From positions 362,844 to 426,843 of the forward strand of contig CAZKXJ010000002.1 in assembly GCA_964556825.1 (NCBI GenBank): a DNA stretch of 64,000 bases, read 5' to 3'. Within the stretch, counting starts at the first letter, position 1, and every line of letters starts with the position of its first letter. A program made the translations under genes and the position numbers. Positions 56,557 through 64,000 of the stretch are shown piece after piece. Source of the DNA: an uncultured Hyphomonas sp. (GTDB lineage Bacteria; Pseudomonadota; Alphaproteobacteria; Caulobacterales; Hyphomonadaceae). A model generated the notes under the pieces. That model worked only from the letters and a program-made list of their open reading frames with translations, was not told where the DNA came from and ran no database searches.

Positions 56557-57675
56557 TCAGAGACAGCCATAAAGCGCATCGACAAGCCGTCTCGCCCGCG
56601 GATCACCTTGCAGGAAATTCGATTGTTTATTCATCACATAGGCCGCCGACAGATGCCGGTCCGGGTCTCCAAGAGCGAGGGATCCGCCCCAGCCAGAATG
56701 CGCCAGCGTCTCCGGGTTTGGGCCATATATGCCGAGATTGTTACGCATCACGCCTGCCGCGAATTCTGTCACGAATGGCAGGACGAGATCGTCACCAATC
56801 ACACGCCGACGGGTCAGGTCTGAAAAATCAGACTGGGGGATGACGCGCTCGCCGCCGAGCATTCCGCCATTCGCATAGGCGCCATAGAGCTGCGCAACTG
56901 ATTTCGCCGTGCCATGTCCGTTGGCGGATGGAATCTCGATTTCCCGCCAGATCGCCCCGCCCCTGTCCGGCGCACCCCACTTTGTGAGGAACGCTGTCTT
57001 GTTGTATTCATTGACTTTTCCGAGCTGTGGCAGCTCACGAGGGCGCTGGATATCCGCGACGCGTCCATGCTCGCTTGCGGCAAGTCCGATATGGAAATCT
57101 ATCCCGGCAGGCGCGCAAAAATCCTCCCGCAACACAGTGCCGAGGCTGCGCCCGCTCATACGTTTTACGATTTCTCCCGCGAGATATCCCCAGGTGAGCG
57201 GATGATATCCATGCGCCTTTCCCGGCTCCCACATCGGCTTCAGCCCGGCCAGTTCTGCTGCAAGTGCATCAGGTTCAAGCCATAGGCCAGGGTCGATCGG
57301 CTCAACAAAGCCGACCAGTCCCGCCTGGTGGGACAGTGCCTCGCCAATCGTGATATCCGCCTTGCCGTTCGCGGCAAATTCCGGCCAGATTTCACTCACC
57401 GGCGTTTCGTAACCGCCTTCAAGCGCGCCAATGACAGAGGCAATAACGAGAGCGGAAATGCCTTTTGTCGTCGAGTAAATCGGGACGAGCGTGTCTCCGT
57501 CCCAGGCATTTTCCCTTTTCCGATCGGCAAAGCCGCCCATCAGATCAACGATGACTTCGCCATCGAGAATGGCGGCAAACCCTGCCCCAAGCTCCTCTCC
57601 AGCCTCAAACGTCGATTCAAAAACCTCGATGACCGGCTCAAAGCCCGGTGCGGCAAAGCCGCGTACGGTATCCAT
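56557..57675 (-). CDS. beta-lactamase-related serine hydrolase (class C / family VIII esterase-like)
   Basis: S-x-x-K motif in PIYSTTKGISAL; downstream YHPLTWG and HSGWGGS. The 641-aa track ORF is trimmed to ATG 57675 (372 aa). Confidence 0.87.
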   Translation of the reverse strand: MDTVRGFAAPGFEPVIEVFESTFEAGEELGAGFAAILDGEVIVDLMGGFADRKRENAWDGDTLVPIYSTTKGISALVIASVIGALEGGYETPVSEIWPEFAANGKADITIGEALSHQAGLVGFVEPIDPGLWLEPDALAAELAGLKPMWEPGKAHGYHPLTWGYLAGEIVKRMSGRSLGTVLREDFCAPAGIDFHIGLAASEHGRVADIQRPRELPQLGKVNEYNKTAFLTKWGAPDRGGAIWREIEIPSANGHGTAKSVAQLYGAYANGGMLGGERVIPQSDFSDLTRRRVIGDDLVLPFVTEFAAGVMRNNLGIYGPNPETLAHSGWGGSLALGDPDRHLSAAYVMNKQSNFLQGDPRARRLVDALYGCL

Positions 57676-57807
57676 TTGTGTAACCCTTGCTGCTGGATAA
57701 GAGCGATACACATCCTGCGTCCCAATAAAAAGGCTGCGGCGTCCGCACCACTGGACAGGAGGCGCGTTAAAAGGCATCGAAACGCTCGATCCGAAAGGGA
57801 ATTCCAT

Positions 57808-58695
57808 ATGACATCTACTGCCCACCGCCCCCGCCGATCCTGCCTCTACATGCCGGGAGCCAATCCGCGCGCCCTTGAAAAGGCAAAGTCGCTCGCGGCT
57901 GACACGCTGATCCTGGACCTGGAAGACGCCGTCGCCCCCGATGCCAAGGAAGAGGCCCGCAAGACCGTCTTTCACGCTGTAAAAGCGGGCGGATATGGAA
58001 AGCGTGAGGTCATCATCCGCATTAACGGACTCGATACTGAATGGGGCGCATCTGACCTGAAAGCCGCTGTCGAGGCACGTCCCGACGGAATTCTGGCGCC
58101 AAAAGTAATTGATGGCGGAGATATCGACCGCCTCAATGACGCGCTGACCCGCGCCGGCGCACCAGAAGACATGCAGCTCTGGGTGATGATTGAAATGCCC
58201 AAAGCCCTGTTCAATATCATCGACATCGCTGAAGGGGCCGGCCGCACCAGGCTTTCTGGCTTCGTCATGGGCACCAATGATCTCGCCAAGGAACTTCGCG
58301 CCTCGAATGATCCAGCCCGTACCGCCTTCCAGACAGCCTTCGGACTGACGCTGGCGGCCGCCCGGGCTTATGACATTGTTGCGATTGATGGCGTCTACAA
58401 TGACATTTCCAATGCTGAGGGCCTGGAGGCCGAAATCGAACAGGGCCGACTGCTGGGCTTTGACGGCAAGACCCTGATCCATCCGTCACAGATCGAAACT
58501 GCGAACCGCATTTTTGCACCTGCAGAAGCTGACGTGGCCCAGGCCCGCGATGTCATCTCGGCTTTCGCAGACCCGGCCAATTCCGGCAAAGGCGTGCTCA
58601 AGGTGAATGGCAAGATGACTGAACTCCTCCACCTTGAAGAGGCGCATCGTATTGTCGCCGTCGACGACGCAATCAAGGCGATGGAGGCGGCCTGA
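57808..58695 (+). CDS. HpcH/HpaI-CitE family lyase-like enzyme, probably (3S)-malyl-CoA thioesterase (Mcl2-like)
   Basis: RRSCLYMPGANPRALEKAKSLAADTLILDLEDAVAP is typical of the CitE/Mcl family. It lies close to mch, as in Rhodobacter (from memory). The start is trimmed to ATG 57808. Confidence applies to the family; the specific activity is about 0.5. Confidence 0.85.
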   Translation: MTSTAHRPRRSCLYMPGANPRALEKAKSLAADTLILDLEDAVAPDAKEEARKTVFHAVKAGGYGKREVIIRINGLDTEWGASDLKAAVEARPDGILAPKVIDGGDIDRLNDALTRAGAPEDMQLWVMIEMPKALFNIIDIAEGAGRTRLSGFVMGTNDLAKELRASNDPARTAFQTAFGLTLAAARAYDIVAIDGVYNDISNAEGLEAEIEQGRLLGFDGKTLIHPSQIETANRIFAPAEADVAQARDVISAFADPANSGKGVLKVNGKMTELLHLEEAHRIVAVDDAIKAMEAA

Positions 58696-59042
58696 TGACC
58701 TATACACTCCTGCATCACGCTGGCTGCAGCACCTCGCGCAACGGCCTGGCTTTGCTCCTTGAAAACGGTATCGAGCCGGACATTCGCAAATACATGAATG
58801 CCGGCGAAGCCCTTACCGTCGAAGACCTAAAGGACATCGCAAACAAGATGGGCAATGTCTCTCCGCGCGAATTCCTGCGGGAGAAAGACGCCAAAAAGTT
58901 CGAGATACCGGACGATATTGCAGATGATGACCTTTATCAGGCCATGGTGGACAATCCACGACTGATCCAGCGCCCCATAGGTATAAAGTCTGGAAAAGCC
59001 GTCCTTGGCCGTCCGATAGAGAAATTGCTTGAAATCGTCTAA
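58695..59042 (+). CDS. ArsC/Spx-family (YffB-like) reductase-fold protein
   Basis: N-terminal HHAGCSTSRNGLALLLENGIEPDIRKY and ...LIQRPI. ATGA overlap with the upstream gene. Confidence 0.83.
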   Translation: MTYTLLHHAGCSTSRNGLALLLENGIEPDIRKYMNAGEALTVEDLKDIANKMGNVSPREFLREKDAKKFEIPDDIADDDLYQAMVDNPRLIQRPIGIKSGKAVLGRPIEKLLEIV

Positions 59043-59114
59043 CGCACCGTAATCATTCAAATTTCAAAGACCGTTTAAGTCGCATCGAAAAACTTTTGTG
59101 AGAATGGACGGGTC

Positions 59115-59363
59115 ATGATGATCCTTGCCGCTCTCTTCCTTGGTCTCTCTGCCGCGCTGTTTTTCGGGCCGCAGCTTGTCGCCTATGGCGCAGACGATAT
59201 GCGTAACGCATTGCGCCGGCCGGAAGCTTTTACAATTCTGGGCGGGTTGCTCACGGCTTTCGTCCTGCTGCTTTTTGCGCCTCACGCCGGTTCCGCCTTG
59301 ATTTCAGGCGGCGAGGCGGTGCAGGTGGTGACGACGAAAATCATGGGGCTTAGCTTCGGCTAA
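59115..59363 (+). CDS. hypothetical small membrane protein (82 aa)
   Basis: Two to three hydrophobic segments. No motif recognised. Confidence 0.45.
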   Translation: MMILAALFLGLSAALFFGPQLVAYGADDMRNALRRPEAFTILGGLLTAFVLLLFAPHAGSALISGGEAVQVVTTKIMGLSFG

Positions 59364-59402
59364 CGAAGCGGCAAATGACGCCCCGAAGACAAAGTGGGTA
59401 TC

Positions 59403-60437
59403 ATGACAAAATCCAATCCGGGCCATTATTTCGAAGATTTCAAACCCGGTATGGAGCTGGTCCATGCCACGCCCCTGACAGTGAGCACAGGCGATATTTC
59501 CCTGTACCGGGCCCTCACTGGCAGCCGTCATGCACTATATTCCGCGGAGACATTCGCCGCCGCGAACGGGTTTCCGGTCCTGCCAGTGGATCCGCTGCTG
59601 GCCTTCCATGTCGTGTTTGGCAAAACTGTGCCGGACATTTCGCTCAATGCGGTTGCCAATCTCGGCTATGCCGACGGCAAATTCCTGAAGAACGTTTATC
59701 CGGGCGACACGCTGACCGCGATTTCGGACGTGATCGGCGTCAAGGAAAACTCGAATGGCAAGACAGGCGTCGTCTGGGTGCGCACACGCGGCGAAAACCA
59801 GAAGGGCGAAACCGTTCTGTCCTACGTCCGCTGGGTGATGGTCAACAAGAAGGACCCGGCAAACCCCGCACCCGAGCCCTCCATACCGGACCTGCCCAGC
59901 GCCGTTGCCCACACTGACCTGGTTGCCCCCGACTATAAGGACTGGAATGACGCACTAGCTGGCTCAAAGTGGCGGTTCAGCGATTATGAAATCGGCGAGA
60001 AGATCGACCATGTCGATGGAATGACCGTCGAGGAGGCCGAACACCAGCTTGCGACCCGGCTTTACCAGAACACGGCAAAAGTCCATTTCGACGCCCACGC
60101 CCAGAAGGATAGCCGCTTTGGCAAGCGCCTGATCTATGGCGGCGTCGTGATCTCAATTGCCCGTGCCCTGTCCTTCAATGGGCTCGAGAGCGCCGCGCAG
60201 ATGCTGGCGATAAATGCGGGCACTCACGCCGGACCGCTCTTTGCAGGTGACACACTCTATGCATGGTCGGAAATACTGGACAAGGCGAAGCTGTCTTCCA
60301 CGACTGGCGCCCTTCGGATCAGGCTTGTCGCGACCAGGGACCAGCCTTGCCACGACTTCCCGCTGAAAGGGGAAGACGGAAAATACCTGTCTGATGTGCT
60401 TCTCGACTTCGACTACTGGGCCGCCATCCCCATTTAG
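59403..60437 (+). CDS. mch: mesaconyl-CoA hydratase (MaoC double hot-dog)
   Basis: NPGHYFEDFKPG...FHVVFGKTVPDISLNAVANLGYA...YVRWVMV matches my recollection of Rhodobacter/Chloroflexus Mch; 344 aa. Confidence 0.83.
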   Translation: MTKSNPGHYFEDFKPGMELVHATPLTVSTGDISLYRALTGSRHALYSAETFAAANGFPVLPVDPLLAFHVVFGKTVPDISLNAVANLGYADGKFLKNVYPGDTLTAISDVIGVKENSNGKTGVVWVRTRGENQKGETVLSYVRWVMVNKKDPANPAPEPSIPDLPSAVAHTDLVAPDYKDWNDALAGSKWRFSDYEIGEKIDHVDGMTVEEAEHQLATRLYQNTAKVHFDAHAQKDSRFGKRLIYGGVVISIARALSFNGLESAAQMLAINAGTHAGPLFAGDTLYAWSEILDKAKLSSTTGALRIRLVATRDQPCHDFPLKGEDGKYLSDVLLDFDYWAAIPI

Positions 60438-60464
60438 GCCGGGCACAGAACGAAAGACCTGAAC

Positions 60465-60866
60465 TTGCTCGAAGGCATCACTCTTTTTGGCGTCGCCATC
60501 GCCACCATTCTGATGGCGATCGCCAGCCTGCTCGGAACGATGACACGCAGGCAGCAGGTCGAACTGGGCTTGGTTGATACCCAGGTCCTCTGCGAGCTGA
60601 CAGGAATTACTGATCCGCGCGACCTGCAGGATGTATTCGGACCGCCCGCAATGAACCGCGTCTGGCATGGTCTGTCGATGGCTGACATTGAAAAACGCCG
60701 GCGTCCGGCAGGATTCCTGATCAGCGATGACCGCATCGACTGGATCTGTATCGGCGTCGCGGTGCTTGCCTTTTTCTGGCGCAATCCAATCGCAGATGGG
60801 CTGCTGATTGTGGCAGCATTGGCACAGGTATCGGGCTGGGTGATCGCGTCGAGGCTTCCACGTTAA
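60465..60866 (+). CDS. hypothetical membrane protein (133 aa)
   Basis: N-terminal and C-terminal TM segments. TTG start, uncertain. Confidence 0.45.
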   Translation: MLEGITLFGVAIATILMAIASLLGTMTRRQQVELGLVDTQVLCELTGITDPRDLQDVFGPPAMNRVWHGLSMADIEKRRRPAGFLISDDRIDWICIGVAVLAFFWRNPIADGLLIVAALAQVSGWVIASRLPR

Positions 60867-60911
60867 GTTTCCGCTTTCGTAGTCGCCCCCGCTCCCTTAC
60901 ATGACAGTCCA

Positions 60912-61721
60912 ATGAAAGTGTGGAAAATGAATGGTGCGGGAAACGCGTTCGCGATCTTTGATGCGCGGGACCGTGCCTTTGCGCCTGACGCTGCGCGCAT
61001 CCGCTCCATCGCCGACCAGATGAAAGCCGACCAGGTGATGTCGATCGAGCGCGATACGACAGTCGATGCCTTCCTGAGAATCTGGAATTCGTCGGGCGAG
61101 GAAGTCAGTGCGTGCGGCAATGGCACCCGCGCCGTGGCGCACCTGCTGCTGGAAGAAACCGCAAAGGACCAGGTCAGGATCCGTACCAATGCTGACGTGC
61201 TGAAAGGTTCGCGCGCGGACGGGGGGCTTGTGACCATAGATATGGGCTCACCGCTCATGGCGTGGGAAGATATTCCCCTGTCCGAGAAAATGGACGTGCG
61301 CGGTGTTGATGTCCGCATCGGCCCGATGGACAAGCCTTATCTCGCCAGGCCCGCAGTCGTCTCCATGGGCAATCCGCATGCAGTGTTTTTTGTCGAGGAC
61401 GTCGACTCCTACGACATTCCGAAAATCGGACCCCTGGTCGAGTGGCATCCGCTTTTCCCTGAGGGGACGAATGTGGGTTTCGCACAGATCATCGACCGCG
61501 AAACGATCCGGCTTCGTGTCTGGGAAAGAGGCGCCGGTCTCACCAAGGCTTGTGGCACTGGTGCCTGCGCCGCGCTGGTCTGCGCCGCCCGGGCTGGCAA
61601 GACGGAACGCGAAGCAAAACTCATTCTCGACGGCGGCGAGCTCACGGTTCATTGGCAAGCGTCGGATGATCACGTGTTGATGACAGGCCCTGTTGAAATG
61701 GAAATGAGCTTCGACGTCTGA
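60912..61721 (+). CDS. dapF: diaminopimelate epimerase
   Basis: KMNGAGNAF and the two catalytic Cys motifs SACGNGTRA and KACGTGACA. Confidence 0.93.
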   Translation: MKVWKMNGAGNAFAIFDARDRAFAPDAARIRSIADQMKADQVMSIERDTTVDAFLRIWNSSGEEVSACGNGTRAVAHLLLEETAKDQVRIRTNADVLKGSRADGGLVTIDMGSPLMAWEDIPLSEKMDVRGVDVRIGPMDKPYLARPAVVSMGNPHAVFFVEDVDSYDIPKIGPLVEWHPLFPEGTNVGFAQIIDRETIRLRVWERGAGLTKACGTGACAALVCAARAGKTEREAKLILDGGELTVHWQASDDHVLMTGPVEMEMSFDV

Positions 61722-61778
61722 GCCGAAACCCTTGATTCTCCGGTCATTCAGAGCGATGTCCCGCTCTGAGATCTCGCC

Positions 61779-63059
61779 ATGACGATAACACGCCCCCTCA
61801 AGACCCGATCGAAGGTCATTACGCTTGGCTGCCGCCTCAACTCCTATGAGTCAGAGGTGATGCGCGGTCATGCCGAACAGGCTGGGCTGGAAAATTCGGT
61901 TATTATCAATACCTGCGCCGTCACCGCCGAAGCCGTACGCACGGCACGCCAGACGATAAGGCGGACAAAGAAAGACAATCCGGAAGCGAACATTATCGTG
62001 ACCGGCTGCGCTGCACAGATTGATCCTGCGCAATTTGCCAACATGCCGGAAGTCCACCGGGTCATCGGCAATCATGAGAAGATGCAGGCCGATACCTGGA
62101 CTGCTCCCGCCATGCTGCACGGCACTGAAAAAATCCTCGTGAACGACATCATGTCGGTAAAGGAAACAGCCGCCCACCTGATAGATGGCATGGAAGGACG
62201 GGCACGGGCCTATGTCCAGGTCCAGAATGGCTGCGATCATCGCTGCACCTTCTGTATCATTCCATATGGCCGCGGCAATTCGCGCTCCGTGCCTGCGGGC
62301 GAGATCGTACAGATGATCCGCCGGCTGGTTGACACGGGGCATTTCGAAATTGTGCTGACGGGCGTTGACCTGACCAGCTGGGGCGCCGACCTTCCCGGCC
62401 AACCGCAACTTGGCAATCTGGTGCAGCGGATTCTGAAACTGGTACCCGAATTGCGCCAGCTTCGCATTTCGTCAATCGATGCCATAGAGATGGATGACGC
62501 CCTGTTCGAAACCATGGGAGAGCCGCGTCTCGCCCCGTTCATGCATCTGTCCCTGCAGCATGGAGACAATCTGATCCTGAAACGCATGAAGCGGCGCCAT
62601 TCCCGCGAGGATGCCATTGAGCTTTCTCAGAAATTGCGAACCATTCGGCCGGATATGGCGCTTGGTGCCGACATCATTGCCGGCTTCCCGACCGAAACTG
62701 ATGCTGCATTTGAAAACTCCGTCCGTCTCGTTGAGGACTGCAATCTCGCCTTCCTCCACGTTTTTCCTTACAGCCCGCGGCCCGGGACGCCCGCCGCCCG
62801 GATGCCACAGTTGGAAAAGGCCGTGATCAAGGACCGCGCGGCCCGGCTGCGCGAGACAGGCGCTACTGCGCTGGCCCGGCATCTCGGCACGCATATTGGC
62901 CAGCAGCGAGACGTGCTTGTCGAACAGGACACCAGCGGCCGCCTCGGAGACTTCTCGCAAGTCATGCTTCAGGGTTTCGAGGCGCTAGAGGCTGGACGAC
63001 CGGTGCCGGCAAGGATAGTCGCTCATGATGGACGCAAACTGATAGCGGAGCCTGCATGA
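61779..63059 (+). CDS. mtaB: tRNA (N6-threonylcarbamoyladenosine-37) methylthiotransferase MtaB (MiaB-like radical SAM)
   Basis: N-terminal TLGCRLNSYE, radical-SAM CDHRCTFC and a C-terminal TRAM-like region. It sits in the conserved dapF-mtaB-ftsY position. Confidence 0.9.
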   Translation: MTITRPLKTRSKVITLGCRLNSYESEVMRGHAEQAGLENSVIINTCAVTAEAVRTARQTIRRTKKDNPEANIIVTGCAAQIDPAQFANMPEVHRVIGNHEKMQADTWTAPAMLHGTEKILVNDIMSVKETAAHLIDGMEGRARAYVQVQNGCDHRCTFCIIPYGRGNSRSVPAGEIVQMIRRLVDTGHFEIVLTGVDLTSWGADLPGQPQLGNLVQRILKLVPELRQLRISSIDAIEMDDALFETMGEPRLAPFMHLSLQHGDNLILKRMKRRHSREDAIELSQKLRTIRPDMALGADIIAGFPTETDAAFENSVRLVEDCNLAFLHVFPYSPRPGTPAARMPQLEKAVIKDRAARLRETGATALARHLGTHIGQQRDVLVEQDTSGRLGDFSQVMLQGFEALEAGRPVPARIVAHDGRKLIAEPA

Positions 63060-64000
63060 TCCTCTGGTTCGGCAAGAAAAAGAAAAAGGAAGAGCTCCAG
63101 CAAGCCGGGCATGACATGCCGGCGCCGGAACTCTCGGCAGAAGAGCTTGCGGCGAAGGAGGCTGCCGAAAAGGCTGAAGCTGAACGCAAGGCAGCTGAGC
63201 AGGCTGAAATCGAGCGCAAGGTTGCCGAAGCCAATCGCGCCTGGGAAGAACGCCAGAAGCGTGAGCATGAGGAAGCTGAAGCCCAGTCAAAGCAACTTGA
63301 AGCCGAAGCGCGCCGCGCAGAAGAAGCTCGCGAAACGGCTCGGCGCGCAGCTGAAGCCGCACGTATCCGGGCCGAAGCTGATGAAAATGCCCGGCTCGAA
63401 GCTGAACAGGCCGAAGCCGAAGCCCAACGCCTTGAAGCCGAAGCAGAACGCGCCCGCGCCGCCGAGGCCGAACGGCAAGCCGCGCGGCTGAAGGCCGAGA
63501 ACGAACTCAAGATCCTCGAAGAGCGTCGCCGCGCAGAAGCCGCGCGCGAAGCGGCCCGGCTGAAGGAAGAGGAACGCCAGGCCGCCATCGCCCGGGGCGA
63601 GCCAGACCCGTATGCAGAAATTCGTGATCCCGGTTTCTTCGGCAAATTGTCGGGCGGTCTGTCAAAGTCTTCGACCAAGCTTGGCTCGAGCCTGACCGGT
63701 GTTTTCAACAAGCGCCGCCTCGATGATGAGGCCCTGGAAGATCTCGAAGACCTGTTGATAACATCTGATCTCGGGGCCAAGGTCGCCGCAAAAGTTACAG
63801 CAAGCCTCGCAAGATCGCGGTTCGAAAAAGACGTCACGGATGACGAAATTCGCTTTGCGCTGGCTGAGGAAATCGAAGCCATCATGAAACCGCGCGAGAA
63901 GATCGTCGACTTTGCCGACGGCCCTCGCCCGCGCGTCGTTCTCTTCGTGGGCGTCAACGGCTCGGGCAAGACGACGACAATTGGCAAGATTGCGTCCAAG
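63056..64000 (+). CDS. ftsY: signal recognition particle receptor FtsY (5' part, runs off the window)
   Basis: My own translation from ATG 63056 (ATGA overlap with the mtaB stop): MILWFGKKKKKEE..., about 190 aa of E/A/R/K-rich A-domain, then an N-domain (LEDLLITSDLG) and P-loop GVNGSGKTTTIGK. It is not in the ORF track because no stop lies in the window. Confidence 0.93.
   Translation, partial: MILWFGKKKKKEELQQAGHDMPAPELSAEELAAKEAAEKAEAERKAAEQAEIERKVAEANRAWEERQKREHEEAEAQSKQLEAEARRAEEARETARRAAEAARIRAEADENARLEAEQAEAEAQRLEAEAERARAAEAERQAARLKAENELKILEERRRAEAAREAARLKEEERQAAIARGEPDPYAEIRDPGFFGKLSGGLSKSSTKLGSSLTGVFNKRRLDDEALEDLEDLLITSDLGAKVAAKVTASLARSRFEKDVTDDEIRFALAEEIEAIMKPREKIVDFADGPRPRVVLFVGVNGSGKTTTIGKIASK

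Noticed and set aside
57676-58482. N-terminal 269 aa of the 641-aa track ORF (56557..58482), and the 57328..57807 extension of the CitE-like ORF
   Set aside because: These extensions run antisense through each other's real genes. The conserved domains begin at MDTVRGF (57675) and MTSTAHRP (57808), leaving a normal 132-nt divergent promoter gap.
61748-61769. Perfect 8-bp hairpin tcagagcg-atgtcc-cgctctga between dapF and mtaB
   Set aside because: It has no U-tract and lies only 9 nt before the mtaB ATG. It is probably a minor mRNA structure and not distinctive enough to report.
62962-63999. 345-aa minus-strand ORF (Ser/Ala/Arg-rich)
   Set aside because: It is the antisense shadow of the low-complexity ftsY A-domain. 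The plus frame encodes a bona fide FtsY with a P-loop.
1-64000. Scan for CRISPR arrays, IS elements or transposases, integrases, rRNA and known defence genes (Zorya-type long MotA homologues, TIR, helicase/nuclease pairs)
   Set aside because: I found no regularly spaced short repeats, no transposase or integrase motifs and no rRNA. The MotA here is the ordinary 295-aa flagellar type. Nothing supports such calls.

Overview
The window is high-GC (roughly 60% by eye, not computed) and gene-dense. I call about 75 CDS, 2 tRNAs and several intrinsic terminators. I found no rRNA, CRISPR array, transposase or integrase. Most of it is housekeeping core genome. The conserved blocks are trxA; trpF-trpB-(cutA-ompA-like)-trpA-accD-folC; ftsK-lolA; ruvCAB; trmD-rplS; leuC-(VOC)-leuD-leuB-asd; and dapF-mtaB-ftsY. 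This gene order, together with a 41-aa L36 and an orphan motA, suggests an alphaproteobacterium, possibly Caulobacterales or Hyphomonadaceae-like. That taxonomic placement is inference only. All product calls come from motifs I recognised in the supplied translations; no database search was run. Many track ORFs are maximal extensions or antisense shadow ORFs, and I trimmed starts where a Shine-Dalgarno (SD) sequence or signal peptide supported it. Two genes run off the window ends and are missing from the ORF track: a short 3' gene tail at nt 1-119 and ftsY at 63056-64000. I did not recognise any known defence or mobile system. The loci most worth follow-up are: (1) a low-GC three-ORF islet of unknown function at about 1690-3000, bordered by a REP-like hairpin cluster and a GANTC-rich AT-rich spacer; (2) a secreted protein of five tandem 75-76-aa repeats (47943-49346) between rplS and leuC, with a perfect 16-bp palindrome in its upstream region; (3) an unusually long, lower-GC convergent spacer (56303-56556) ending in a minus-strand intrinsic terminator, which may be an sRNA or a long 3' UTR; (4) insertions inside normally contiguous trp and leu operons.
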